Shown one piece after another: positions 1-8,902 of a stretch of 64,000 nt of DNA. The number at the start of each line of letters is the position of its first letter. Positions within the stretch are counted from its first letter, which is position 1. The notes below the pieces were generated by a model that ran no database searches, had not been told where the DNA came from, and was given only the letters and a program-made list of their open reading frames with translations. Source of the DNA: Nitrospirota bacterium (GTDB lineage: Bacteria; Nitrospirota; UBA9217); the NCBI GenBank assembly GCA_035516155.1, contig DATJAP010000044.1, forward strand, positions 11,932-75,931, read 5' to 3'. The position numbers were made by a program, and so were the translations under genes.

Positions 1-458
1 AATAACGGTTGAGCCCGAGAGATTTCCTCTCCTTTGTAATATTTTTTGATCGCATCCTCGATTTCCGACTTCATGACCAGCGCCGGCTTAATTGTCATGC
101 CAGTAATGAACCGTATCTGATCGATAGCCTCGATGTCGAGGGGATCCAACATGGCCACTACGAGCGTCCCTCTTTCTTTCTTAACCGGTATGACGTTGTA
201 CTTGCTCGCTATTTCAGGCTTGATAAGCTTGATGATGCTCTCGTCTATTTCAGGTTTAAAGAGGTCTATATAGGGAATATGCAGTTTGTCGGCAACCACA
301 CGGGCAATATCAACCTCCCGAACGAATTCGAGCTCAACCAGTATATTCCCGAGCTTTCCTCCCCAGTTGCGTTGGTGGGAGAGCGCCGCTTCGAGCTGAA
401 AATCATCAATAAGACCAGCTTCTTTCAGCAGATCGCCGAGCCTTTTGACCGCGGACAT
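1..458 (-). CDS. T2SSE_N / MshEN-domain protein (N-terminal part of a GspE/PilB-type ATPase or stand-alone domain); 3' part runs off the window
   Basis: Absent from the ORF track because it is open at the window edge. The reverse complement from ATG at 456-458 (GGAGG upstream) reads MSAVKRLGDLLKEAGLIDDFQLEAALSHQRNWGGKLGNILVELEFV...LDPLDIEAIDQIRF. This fits the RLGxxLLxxGLIxxxQLxxALxxQ MshEN motif. The listed + ORF 9-479 is its antisense shadow. Confidence 0.75.
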   Translation of the reverse strand, partial: MSAVKRLGDLLKEAGLIDDFQLEAALSHQRNWGGKLGNILVELEFVREVDIARVVADKLHIPYIDLFKPEIDESIIKLIKPEIASKYNVIPVKKERGTLVVAMLDPLDIEAIDQIRFITGMTIKPALVMKSEIEDAIKKYYKGEEISRAQPL

Positions 459-661
459 AAATACAAACCTCCCTCATAAACAACAAATTCTTAAAGTACA
501 AGCGATTGATTATATGCCCCCCGACCATATAATGTCAACGATTTTTAAAGGGAAAATCCTCTTCTGCATGAGGATTCCGGCTAAAATGACATGATAAAAT
601 ACCTTAATAGGAAAAGTCTGAAAAGATGTTCTTTACGTTGCCGCTTACCTGGGCCCCGCGA

Positions 662-1471
662 TCAATACGGCAAGACCGGGTTTCGCGGCTGTCCCGTGTG
701 AGAGTTCGACGCATCGTACTCATCTGGAGCCTTCACCAGTAAATGACGATGTTCTACATCGGCAAGCGCGGCGAGCATGCTCCCCTTGATTCCGGGTCGT
801 TCGCGATCCAGTTCAGCAAGCAGGTTTTTAATTCTGGACCGCTTCAGGTCCTGATTTCCACAGGCAGGGCAGGCGCAGCAAGTGATGGGGAATCCGGCTT
901 CAGCGGCATAGCGGAGTATCTCATCCTCGGGAACGTACACGAGGGGCCGGATCACCACATTCCAGCCATCATCAGCGCGAAGAAGCGGTGCCATGGCTTT
1001 GATCTTCCCGTTGTAGAACAGATTCAGAAGGAGTGTTTCGATGAAATCATCACGGTGGTGACCGAGGGCTATTTTGGTACATCCCATTTCCCGCGCTTGG
1101 GAGTAGAGCACGCCGCGCTTAAGTCGGGAACAGAGCGCGCAGGGGGTATCATCCGGTCCCAGTTTGTCGAGCATGAGACGATGGACCGGGGCAGGGACTA
1201 TGCGGTACTCGATGTCCTGCTTCCTGAGGTAGTCTTCGATCAATCCGGTTTGAAACCCAGGAAAGCCCGGATGGATAGTGACAGCGATAAGCGAAAAGGC
1301 CACAGGAGCTCTCTTTTGCAGGCTCTGTAGGACATGGAGCAGCGTCCAGCTGTCCTTCCCTCCCGACAGTGCGACAAGAATCCGGTCGCGGTTCGCGATC
1401 AGACCGAAATCCCCGATCGCCCTGCCCGCGAGCCTCCTGATCTCGTGCTCTCTCTGTTCTCTTTCTGCCAT
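662..1471 (-). CDS. ttcA: tRNA 2-thiocytidine biosynthesis protein TtcA (PP-loop ATPase)
   Basis: SGGKDS PP-loop motif, CxxC pairs (CALCSRLKRG, CCACPACG), typical length of 269 aa. Confidence 0.9.
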   Translation of the reverse strand: MAEREQREHEIRRLAGRAIGDFGLIANRDRILVALSGGKDSWTLLHVLQSLQKRAPVAFSLIAVTIHPGFPGFQTGLIEDYLRKQDIEYRIVPAPVHRLMLDKLGPDDTPCALCSRLKRGVLYSQAREMGCTKIALGHHRDDFIETLLLNLFYNGKIKAMAPLLRADDGWNVVIRPLVYVPEDEILRYAAEAGFPITCCACPACGNQDLKRSRIKNLLAELDRERPGIKGSMLAALADVEHRHLLVKAPDEYDASNSHTGQPRNPVLPY

Positions 1472-1559
1472 CGGAGAATCTTAAATCTCGTCGGACCTTT
1501 CGTCAACAAAAAAGGGCTCCCGATATTATTCGGAAGCCCGGTTAAATGAGCGGCGCTCG

Positions 1560-1895
1560 TTATCTTTTTTTTCTTGCCGTTTTTTTCTTTGCTTTTTTCT
1601 TGGCTGCTTTTTTCCCAGATGTCTTTTTCTTTGTGGCTTTTTTTTTCGTTGCTTTCTTCTTCACTGCTTTTTTTGCAGCTTTTTTCACAGCCTTCTTTTT
1701 TGCCGCTTTCTTCTTCACCGCAGGCTTTTTCCTGGCAGCCGCTTTGGGAACGGTCGAAGCTTCAGGAATGTTTACTGTGGTTGTTTCCATTCCGCAGCAA
1801 TACACCGGTTCCTCATACACTTCCCCTGTTCTCGCGACCTCGATCTTTCTACCGCATACCCTGCACTGGTACTGCATAATTTTCTCTATAGCCAT
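1560..1895 (-). CDS. Small Zn-ribbon-like protein with a histone-H1-like Lys/Ala-rich C-terminal tail
   Basis: AAGGAGGG sits 8 nt upstream of the ATG. The N-terminus has CRVCG...CCG. The C-terminal ~60 aa are almost only K/A (AAKKKAVKKAAKKAVKKKATKKK...). The Phe-rich + strand ORF 1546-1917 is the antisense artefact. Confidence 0.8.
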   Translation of the reverse strand: MAIEKIMQYQCRVCGRKIEVARTGEVYEEPVYCCGMETTTVNIPEASTVPKAAARKKPAVKKKAAKKKAVKKAAKKAVKKKATKKKATKKKTSGKKAAKKKAKKKTARKKR

Positions 1896-2083
1896 ACGCG
1901 TTGCCCTCCTTAAATAAGCTGATAACCCGCTGTGACACGGGCAGAATAACGCTTCAGGGCAGAAACGGCAATCCAGCTGTCTGTTTGCGAAGGAACCGCG
2001 GGAATAATGTGTTCGGATTTACATCGTTAAAGTAACTGTAAAATCATCGAGGGGAAATGTCAAGTTTTTTGTGAATTTCCTGC

Positions 2084-2275
2084 TCATGACCATAAACGCG
2101 GCTGCTTCTTGTTGGCATTGACCATTGCAATCCGTCGCTCTTTGGCCTGATGCAGCTCTAATATCTTCTCCATGCCTTCGATTGCAGTTGAAAGGGCTTC
2201 GTCGGTCGACTTCCCTTCCCAGTTCTTTGTCTCGGCAAGCCGGTAGAGCTCAAGGATCACTTCTTCAAGATTCAT
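2084..2275 (-). CDS. Hypothetical small helical protein (63 aa)
   Basis: AAAGGAG RBS directly upstream of the ATG and protein-like composition. No family recognised. Confidence 0.55.
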   Translation of the reverse strand: MNLEEVILELYRLAETKNWEGKSTDEALSTAIEGMEKILELHQAKERRIAMVNANKKQPRLWS

Positions 2276-2350
2276 AAAATCTCCTTTTATACAACAGGTT
2301 ATATCAAAACTGACATCCGAAGTCCCATCCCGGACCCTTGACGAGGATAT

Positions 2351-2376
2351 AAAAAAACCGGGAGAAACCCTCCCGG
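2351..2376 (-). terminator. Rho-independent terminator downstream of nrdJ
   Basis: On the minus strand: CCGGGAG-GGTTT-CTCCCGG, a 7-bp GC stem followed by TTTTTTT. Confidence 0.65.
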
Positions 2377-2536
2377 CTTGTTACATACAAATGGTATTTT
2401 CACTTCACCTCCAGTGCAGGTGACCTCTTTTTGTCGTAGAAGAAGGAGAAGGAAGAGAAAGCAAAGCCTAGATCAAGTGTCTTCTCTTGATGCTTTCCCT
2501 CGCTTCTTAGTCGACGGAAAACCAGGCTTTTTATGA

Positions 2537-4897
2537 CTACCCACATTTGGAGAACCCGCAGCCTCGGCAGAAAGCGCAGCCCTCGCCGAATTCCAAGAGA
2601 CCACCGCAATCAGGGCATTCAGGGCAGAGTCCGAGATTGTTCTTGTAGCCGCCTTTCGCGCAGTCAGAAGTGGAATAGGCGACCGTCGGGTGCGCAACTA
2701 CAGCCTTTGGCCTGGCGTGAGGCTGATGCCGCTGGCTCATGCCATCCTTGGTGTAGCGCTCCAGCGCCCTTCCAATGGCGTCGGGGCAGGACAGAATCGA
2801 ACCTCCCTCACCCCAAGCCGGCGACGGGCAGCGGATGCCCTTGACCTGCTTGATGATCGAATCGAGGGACACTCCAGAGCGTAGCGCAAGAGAAACCATA
2901 CGGCTTACCGCCTCGGACTGGCTAGCTGCGCATCCACCCGACTTGCCCATGGTAGAGAAGACCTCGCAGATGCCCTCTTCGTCCTCGTTGATCGTGATGT
3001 AGAGATTGCCGCACCCGGTGGGTATCTTCTGGGTAACACCATGTGTGAGCACCGGCCGATTCCGTGGTTTCTTCTCCTCGGCCAACTCCGGTGACGCCGA
3101 GGCGACCGTAACCAGCTGGGCAGTAGCCTTGCGCGCCTTCTCCGTGGCGCCTGTGGAGAGCACCTGCTCGTCGCGGGATCCGTCGCGATAGATCGTCACG
3201 CCTTTGCAGCCTGTTTTGTAAGCAAGCATATAGGCCTTCTCAACGTCCTTCTGCGTGGCGCTATGCGGGAAATTCACCGTTTTGGAAACGGCGTTATCAG
3301 TATATTTCTGGAAAGCGGCTTGCATGCGGATATGCGACTCCGGTGTGATGTCATGGGCCGTGACGAACACGCGCTGCACATCCTCGGGCACGGTAGGAAC
3401 GCTCGTGCACCCGCCGTGCTCGGCGATTTCCTTCATAAGCTGTTCGGAATAAAAGCCGCGCTTCTTTGCCATTTTTTCGAACACAGGATTTACCTCGATC
3501 AGTTCCGCGCCGTCAAGCACCTTCCGCATAAAGGTCAGGCCGAAGAGCGGTTCAATGCCGCTCGAACAGCCAGCGATGATGGACAGTGTCCCCGTCGGCG
3601 CGATGGTCGTGACCGTCGCATTCCGGATTGGCGCCCTTCCCGGCTTATCGAAGATGCTGCCCTTAAAGTTCGGGAAAGCCCCGCGCTCCACGGCAAGTTC
3701 CTCGCTCATTTTCCGGCCCTCGTCGGTAATGAATTTCATCACCATCTCGCCGGTCCGCTCGGCTTGCTCAGAGTTGTAAGGCACGCCCATTTCGAGTAAC
3801 ATGTCGGCGAAGCCCATGACGCCCAGGCCGATTTTGCGGTTCGACCGCGTCATCTGGCTGATTTTTTCAATCGGATAACGGTTCACGTCGATCACGTTGT
3901 CGAGAAAGTGGACTGCATGTCGCACGGTATGGCGAAGCTTGTCGAAATCGATCGAGTTGCCATTGGCTGCAAGCATCTTCGCGAGGTTAATCGAGCCAAG
4001 GTTGCACGATTCATAGGGAAGCAGCGGCTGCTCGCCGCACGGATTGGTGGATTCCACCATACCCACGTGCGGAGTGGGATTGTACTGGTTGATTCGGTCC
4101 AGGAAGATAATGCCCGGATCGCCGTTTTTCCATGCCATGTTCACGATGGTATCGAAGACCTTGCGGGCCTCGAGCCGCTTGACCACTGCCCTGTTGCGGG
4201 GGGACACCAACTCGTACTCGCCGTTCCTATCCACGGCATCCATGAACTGGTCAGTCATGGCCACGGAGATGTTGAAGTTGTTGAGCCGGTCATTCTGTTG
4301 CTTGCAGGTCACGAAATCGAGAACGTCCGGGTGGTCAACCTGAAGGATGCCCATATTCGCGCCGCGGCGGGTGCCACCTTGCTTTACCGTCTCCGTCGCC
4401 GCATCGAAAACAGTCATAAAGGAGATGGGGCCCGATGAAACGCCTTTGGTGGACTTGACCACATCGTTCTTCGGCCGGATGCGGGAGAAGGAGAAACCGG
4501 TGCCGCCTCCCGACTTGTGGATGAGCGCCGCGTTCTTCACGGACTCGAAGATCTCGTCCATGGAGTCTCCCACAGGCAGCACGAAGCAGGCGGAAAGCTG
4601 GCCGAGCTCGCGCCCCGCGTTCATGAGCGTAGGGCTGTTCGGCAGAAACTCAAGGGACGTCATGAGACGGTAGAACTCGGTCGCTGTCCGCTCCACATCG
4701 GCGTCGGTCCCGCCATAGGCGCGGTCGCCCTCGGCAATGGTCCGCGCCACGCGCGTAAACATGTCAACTGCTGTTTCAATAACAGCCCCATCTTCATTCC
4801 GCTTGAGGTAGCGTTTTTCAAGAACTTTGAGACTGTTCTCGGAAAGATTAAGGCCCTTACCGGAAGCTGTTGTGGAAACAGAAGCTGCACTCTTCAT
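2537..4897 (-). CDS. nrdJ: Adenosylcobalamin-dependent (class II) ribonucleotide reductase
   Basis: 786 aa with NPCGEQPL active-site motif, SNLGSINL, TIAPTGT. C-terminal Cys-rich tail CPECPDCGG...CAFCRGCG. GAGGAGG RBS. Confidence 0.95.
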   Translation of the reverse strand: MKSAASVSTTASGKGLNLSENSLKVLEKRYLKRNEDGAVIETAVDMFTRVARTIAEGDRAYGGTDADVERTATEFYRLMTSLEFLPNSPTLMNAGRELGQLSACFVLPVGDSMDEIFESVKNAALIHKSGGGTGFSFSRIRPKNDVVKSTKGVSSGPISFMTVFDAATETVKQGGTRRGANMGILQVDHPDVLDFVTCKQQNDRLNNFNISVAMTDQFMDAVDRNGEYELVSPRNRAVVKRLEARKVFDTIVNMAWKNGDPGIIFLDRINQYNPTPHVGMVESTNPCGEQPLLPYESCNLGSINLAKMLAANGNSIDFDKLRHTVRHAVHFLDNVIDVNRYPIEKISQMTRSNRKIGLGVMGFADMLLEMGVPYNSEQAERTGEMVMKFITDEGRKMSEELAVERGAFPNFKGSIFDKPGRAPIRNATVTTIAPTGTLSIIAGCSSGIEPLFGLTFMRKVLDGAELIEVNPVFEKMAKKRGFYSEQLMKEIAEHGGCTSVPTVPEDVQRVFVTAHDITPESHIRMQAAFQKYTDNAVSKTVNFPHSATQKDVEKAYMLAYKTGCKGVTIYRDGSRDEQVLSTGATEKARKATAQLVTVASASPELAEEKKPRNRPVLTHGVTQKIPTGCGNLYITINEDEEGICEVFSTMGKSGGCAASQSEAVSRMVSLALRSGVSLDSIIKQVKGIRCPSPAWGEGGSILSCPDAIGRALERYTKDGMSQRHQPHARPKAVVAHPTVAYSTSDCAKGGYKNNLGLCPECPDCGGLLEFGEGCAFCRGCGFSKCG

Positions 4898-5021
4898 AAA
4901 TCTTCCTCCTCAAGATGGTATAGTTAAAATGTATGGATACAAATTAGGAAAGAGCACCCCGAAGGCTGCTCTTTAAAATACTGTCGGTAATTGTTTGGCG
5001 ATTTTTCGGTGAAACGGCATG

Positions 5022-5037
5022 CCACTCTATTTTGTGG
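5022..5037. promoter_or_regulatory. NrdR box (proximal)
   Basis: CCACTCTATTTTGTGG is a 16-bp imperfect palindrome matching the NrdR-box consensus acaCwAtATaTwGtgt at about 12 of 16 positions. It lies 125 nt upstream of the nrdJ start. Confidence 0.55.
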
Positions 5038-5053
5038 AACGAAATAATTATAG

Positions 5054-5069
5054 CCACAAGATATTGTGT
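5054..5069. promoter_or_regulatory. NrdR box (distal)
   Basis: CCACAAGATATTGTGT matches the consensus at about 13 of 16 positions. The 32-bp centre-to-centre distance from the first box is the usual tandem arrangement. Confidence 0.6.
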
Positions 5070-5551
5070 TTGTCAAACTAAATATAAAAAAAGATCGCAA
5101 ACAAAGGAGGTTCAAAGAAGTGAGGATTTATGCGGTTATTTTAATCTCGACATAGTTCTCATCGCGCCAGGCAAGGACGAAATAAAACGGAGCATGAAAA
5201 ACAGCAGGCCCATGCCCCTTTTCCCCCCTTGGGACCTCCAAGAGGGAATTTCCGTGGAGCGGTTTGGTCTGGTTTAGGGAAAAATATACCCTACTTGAGT
5301 TCCTGCTCTCGAACTCCGCCTGAGATTGGCGGATGCCCGAGCGAGTGTGCGAACACTTCGAACACTCCTAAGGCGAGCAGTCTGGTGGTCTAACGATCAC
5401 ACGTTTGTTGTTACGTCTGGTGTTGTGTGTGGTAAACAGTTTAATTTTTCCAAGACGGATTCCAGAATAGATTTATTGAGCCCCCCTAGGCCGCAGCCCC
5501 GTTCGGGCGATACCTGCCGTTTTCCGATTTCGTTGGTATCAACGTGTTGGT

Positions 5552-6028
5552 TTATTCCACTACCCAAACTGCACAATTCTTGGCCTCGTGGATGAGCCGG
5601 TTCGATGTGCTGCCGAAGAGGAACTCCTCGGCTTTCGTCTTGTGGTGACGACCGACGACTACGGTGCAGCAGGTGAGATCGCACCGGGTCTCCAAGATGG
5701 CATCGGACATGGACTTTGACTCTCCCATACAGGCTCGGTAGCGCACCTTGTTCTCGGGAAACCCGGACTGAATCAGGATCTGCCGGTAGTTCTTCAGCAT
5801 CTTGTTGGCGGTGTCGAGCTCTTTCTTCAACCAATCGTTCATTTCTGCCTCGGAGTCGAAGAAGTCCAGCTCGGCGTCGGGGATGATCGATAGCAGTGTG
5901 ACGGTAAACCCCGGGAAGCCTCCGAGAAAATCGGCCACATAGAGCACGGCTCGGCGCGAGCTGTCCGTCTCGTCAACCGCGATCAAGAGATGCTTGTCTT
6001 TCACCACGTTATCGACTTCGGGTTTCAT
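5552..6028 (-). CDS. Universal stress protein (UspA family)
   Basis: 158 aa with KHLLIAVDETDSS...VVVGRHHKTKAEEFLFGSTSNRLIHEAKNCAVWVV, a typical Usp fold signature. AAAGGAG RBS. Confidence 0.85.
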   Translation of the reverse strand: MKPEVDNVVKDKHLLIAVDETDSSRRAVLYVADFLGGFPGFTVTLLSIIPDAELDFFDSEAEMNDWLKKELDTANKMLKNYRQILIQSGFPENKVRYRACMGESKSMSDAILETRCDLTCCTVVVGRHHKTKAEEFLFGSTSNRLIHEAKNCAVWVVE

Positions 6029-6172
6029 GAAAGGGCTCCTTTCGACAAACGAAATCTTTTTTCCACAGACATTGCAGCGGCCGGGGAGATTTAAAACCCG
6101 GTCAGATTGACTGTTTCCTTTTCAATGAAATCATTTCTTTTCAACACCGCGGTCCTTGACTACCCTCGTCAC

Positions 6173-7153
6173 TCAGGGAGCCAATTCTTCCCGCGCATCT
6201 CCCAAGTCTTCAAGCAGTTCCCGGGTCTCTTCATAGTAAACCGGCGCACTTAAAGCGAAATGCATCAGAACCCGGTTCAATTTTCCGGGAATGTAGGGGA
6301 ATATCTTTTTCAGGTTGTTCACCCGGTTGTGAAATACGATGTTCACATCGTCCTCCGTCAACCGTTCGAGCAATCCGGGATTTTCCTTGAGCAGCCGGTA
6401 CGTGGTAATGTCTCCCCGGCCGGTGATGAAAAGCAGGACATTGCCGAGTCCGAAAAGATCGTAGCCGAAACGGCTTTCGCTATGACGGTAGTTGAAATCG
6501 AAGTCGATCCAGCGGTACCTGCCCGTTGACGCATCCTGGATGATATGGTCGCGCCGTATATCTCCGTGTTTTTCATCGTTCTCGTGCAAAAACTGGATTG
6601 CGCCGACGATGCCCATGAACTCATCGAGCAGCATGGGAAAATAATGATAGAAATAGTCCTCGTGGTCTTTGCCCATCTCAAGCGTAATCTGGCCGAGGGT
6701 TTTACCTTTGATGTAGTCCAAAATACGAAGCTGGTTTCCTGCCGAATCTAGCACGGTCTTCCCCTGCATGAAATCCGGTCTGCCGCGCACGAGTTCAAGA
6801 ATGCGCGCTTCTTTTTGCGGGCTCCTGACGCATTCGAACACGAGGGTTCCGATTTTTGCCTGGAACCGTTCCTTGAAGACCCATTTCAGGATGGTAATAT
6901 CGCCGGTAAGGAGATTGCGCGCCCGCTTGACCCAGAACTTCTGCTCGTCGTCAATGCCGAACCTGCCTTCTCGCTCATTGTTCCGTATAAAATAGGGTAC
7001 ACCGTCGAGCACAACCACATCGTCGTAGTCCACGCGGAAGAAATCCGATGTGTCCTTAACTTGCACGCGTTTGGGCACTCGATCGCGAGGAACCACCTTG
7101 CGGACCATTCGCAAGAGGTCCTTCTCCGAATATCCTCCGTTATCAACCGCCAT
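6173..7153 (-). CDS. Atypical protein-kinase-like fold protein
   Basis: HGDIRRDHI resembles the HRDxKxxN catalytic loop, and WIDFDF resembles DFG. AAGGAG RBS. No canonical glycine loop seen. Confidence 0.6.
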   Translation of the reverse strand: MAVDNGGYSEKDLLRMVRKVVPRDRVPKRVQVKDTSDFFRVDYDDVVVLDGVPYFIRNNEREGRFGIDDEQKFWVKRARNLLTGDITILKWVFKERFQAKIGTLVFECVRSPQKEARILELVRGRPDFMQGKTVLDSAGNQLRILDYIKGKTLGQITLEMGKDHEDYFYHYFPMLLDEFMGIVGAIQFLHENDEKHGDIRRDHIIQDASTGRYRWIDFDFNYRHSESRFGYDLFGLGNVLLFITGRGDITTYRLLKENPGLLERLTEDDVNIVFHNRVNNLKKIFPYIPGKLNRVLMHFALSAPVYYEETRELLEDLGDAREELAP

Positions 7154-7578
7154 ATATGCCGCTCCTTAGTATTTAAATTATAGCAGAGCCAGCTTTTCTG
7201 GACCCGGAAATCTGACTACCCGATCTCACGCGGCAGTCAACGCAAAACAGCGTTTTCCGTCTTGCCGCGGCCGACGTGCTTAATCAACACGTTTAGATGA
7301 GGCATCATCTCAATTTTGCGAAGCGAGACCAGAGCAGTTCGTGGTAGATAAGTATGAATTGAAGTACGGCAAAAAGCCCGGCGGCGTTTCAGAACGGGGA
7401 AAAGGAGAGGATGGGGCTGATGAATGTTGACATCTGTGCGAAAAAAAGTTCTGGCGGTTGAATATACAAAATGCCTCCACATCAGCATGGTCTCCCTGCT
7501 TTTCAAATTATTTTTCCTGAATCAACCCATTCAGTATGCTTTTATTAATAGATACATTGCGGCGTAATCACATATTTC

Positions 7579-7607
7579 TTGACAGCGCATAAACTCTTGA
7601 ATAGAAT
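7579..7607 (+). promoter_or_regulatory. Near-consensus sigma70-type promoter inside a 930-bp gene-less spacer
   Basis: TTGACA (7579-7584), a 17-nt spacer, then TAGAAT (7602-7607). The nearest downstream + gene, scpA, starts about 470 nt later. Confidence 0.45.
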
Positions 7608-8083
7608 GTGCTCCTATATCGCCGAGGGCCGAGCTCAGATCAACTCGAAGGGTCAAGGGCATAATATATTCGACCATCGTGTTTGTCTCGCTAGTTTCCC
7701 GTTGGCGAACGTTTTTATTATATTGATATATGAATAGTTATCAAGCAACCGAATATTATTTTAAGGTATCCAAGTGCATGTTAAAGAAAACGTGCAGGAG
7801 CCAAGGAACAAAGCAAAGAGATTGAATCGAGGTGCTGAGGGGGCTGGCAAAGAAGGTCTTGATTTTCCCCCGCAAGACCACAAGCGTAAAAATCCCCCTG
7901 GTGCCACCCATCTTGAAGGAAAGCTGATATGATACCGGCAGGGGATGCCGGGCAGCAGACGTATGCCGGATCCTGACAGCCTGTCTTTTTACTTGACTTT
8001 TCGGGCAAATAGAGATAATTTCACTTTAACTTTGTTGGCACGGACGGGTCTCTCCACCCCTGTGCGGAGGCATCGAATCGTTC

Positions 8084-8842
8084 ATGTCGTACCAGATCAA
8101 ACTTGAGATTTTTGAAGGTCCCATGGACCTTCTCCTGCATCTCATCAAAAAGCACGAACTCGACATCTACTCCATCCCCATATCACTCATCACCCAGCAA
8201 TATCTAGAATACATCGAGCTCATGAAGAGTCTCGATATGGAGATCGCTGGCGATTTTCTGGTGATGGCATCGACGCTCACGCATATCAAGTCCAAAATGC
8301 TTCTGCCTCCATCCGAGAATCCTGAAAAAGACGAAGATGGCGTCGACCCCCGGGAAGAACTGATCAGACGGCTGCTTGAATACAAGAGTTTCAAGGATGC
8401 TGCCGCTTCCCTGGAGAACAAGGAAGAAACCTGGTCGAGAGTTTATATGCGCCCGGCCGAAACAGCACCCAATCTCCCGGGCGACGATGAACCCCTGCTT
8501 TTTGATTTCCACCTCTTCGACCTCCTTGCAGCGCTCAAAGAGGTAATGGCTCGCGTTCCCGATGCCAGCTTCGAAATCACGGCCGAGGCTGTATCCATCA
8601 CCGAGAAGATTTCCCTGATTCTGGCCCGTCTCGAGGCCGTGGAAAGTCTGCTCTTTGCCGACTTGTTCGAGGGGAACATGACCAGGGCTCAAGTGATCGG
8701 CACCTTCCTGGCGCTCCTCGAACTCATAAAGACCCGCGTCATCAAAGCCGTACAGGTCGAGCAGTTCGGCGCCATCAGGATCATGAAAGCAGTAAACGAG
8801 ACAACGGCCCGCGATACAGCCACCGGCAATCTGTTCGGCTAG
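8084..8842 (+). CDS. scpA: Segregation and condensation protein A (kleisin)
   Basis: MSYQIKLEIFEGPMDLLLHLIKKHELDIYSIPISLITQQYLEY is a typical ScpA N-terminus. 252 aa. Confidence 0.9.
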   Translation: MSYQIKLEIFEGPMDLLLHLIKKHELDIYSIPISLITQQYLEYIELMKSLDMEIAGDFLVMASTLTHIKSKMLLPPSENPEKDEDGVDPREELIRRLLEYKSFKDAAASLENKEETWSRVYMRPAETAPNLPGDDEPLLFDFHLFDLLAALKEVMARVPDASFEITAEAVSITEKISLILARLEAVESLLFADLFEGNMTRAQVIGTFLALLELIKTRVIKAVQVEQFGAIRIMKAVNETTARDTATGNLFG

Positions 8843-8902
8843 GTGACAATACCGGAGAAAGTTGAGTTGTGCATGCTGTTTAACAGCCTGAACGAAAGGT
8901 CA

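Noticed and set aside
9-479. 156-aa + strand ORF
   Set aside because: It is the antisense shadow of the minus-strand MshEN-domain gene, which has an RBS and a recognisable motif. The + ORF has neither.
1546-1917. Phe-rich 123-aa + strand ORF (and 1574-1879)
   Set aside because: It mirrors the AAG/GCN-rich Lys/Ala tail of the minus-strand gene, has no RBS, and has an implausible composition.
4898-5551. Possible cobalamin riboswitch or other structured leader upstream of nrdJ
   Set aside because: No B12-box (GCCACUG-type core) or GGGAA/GGUG elements could be found on either strand. NrdR boxes explain the regulation better.
7413-7426. GGGGCTGATGAATG resembling the 5' end of tmRNA
   Set aside because: No T-arm (GGTTCGAnTCC), CCA-adjacent acceptor complement or tag reading frame lies within the following 400 nt.
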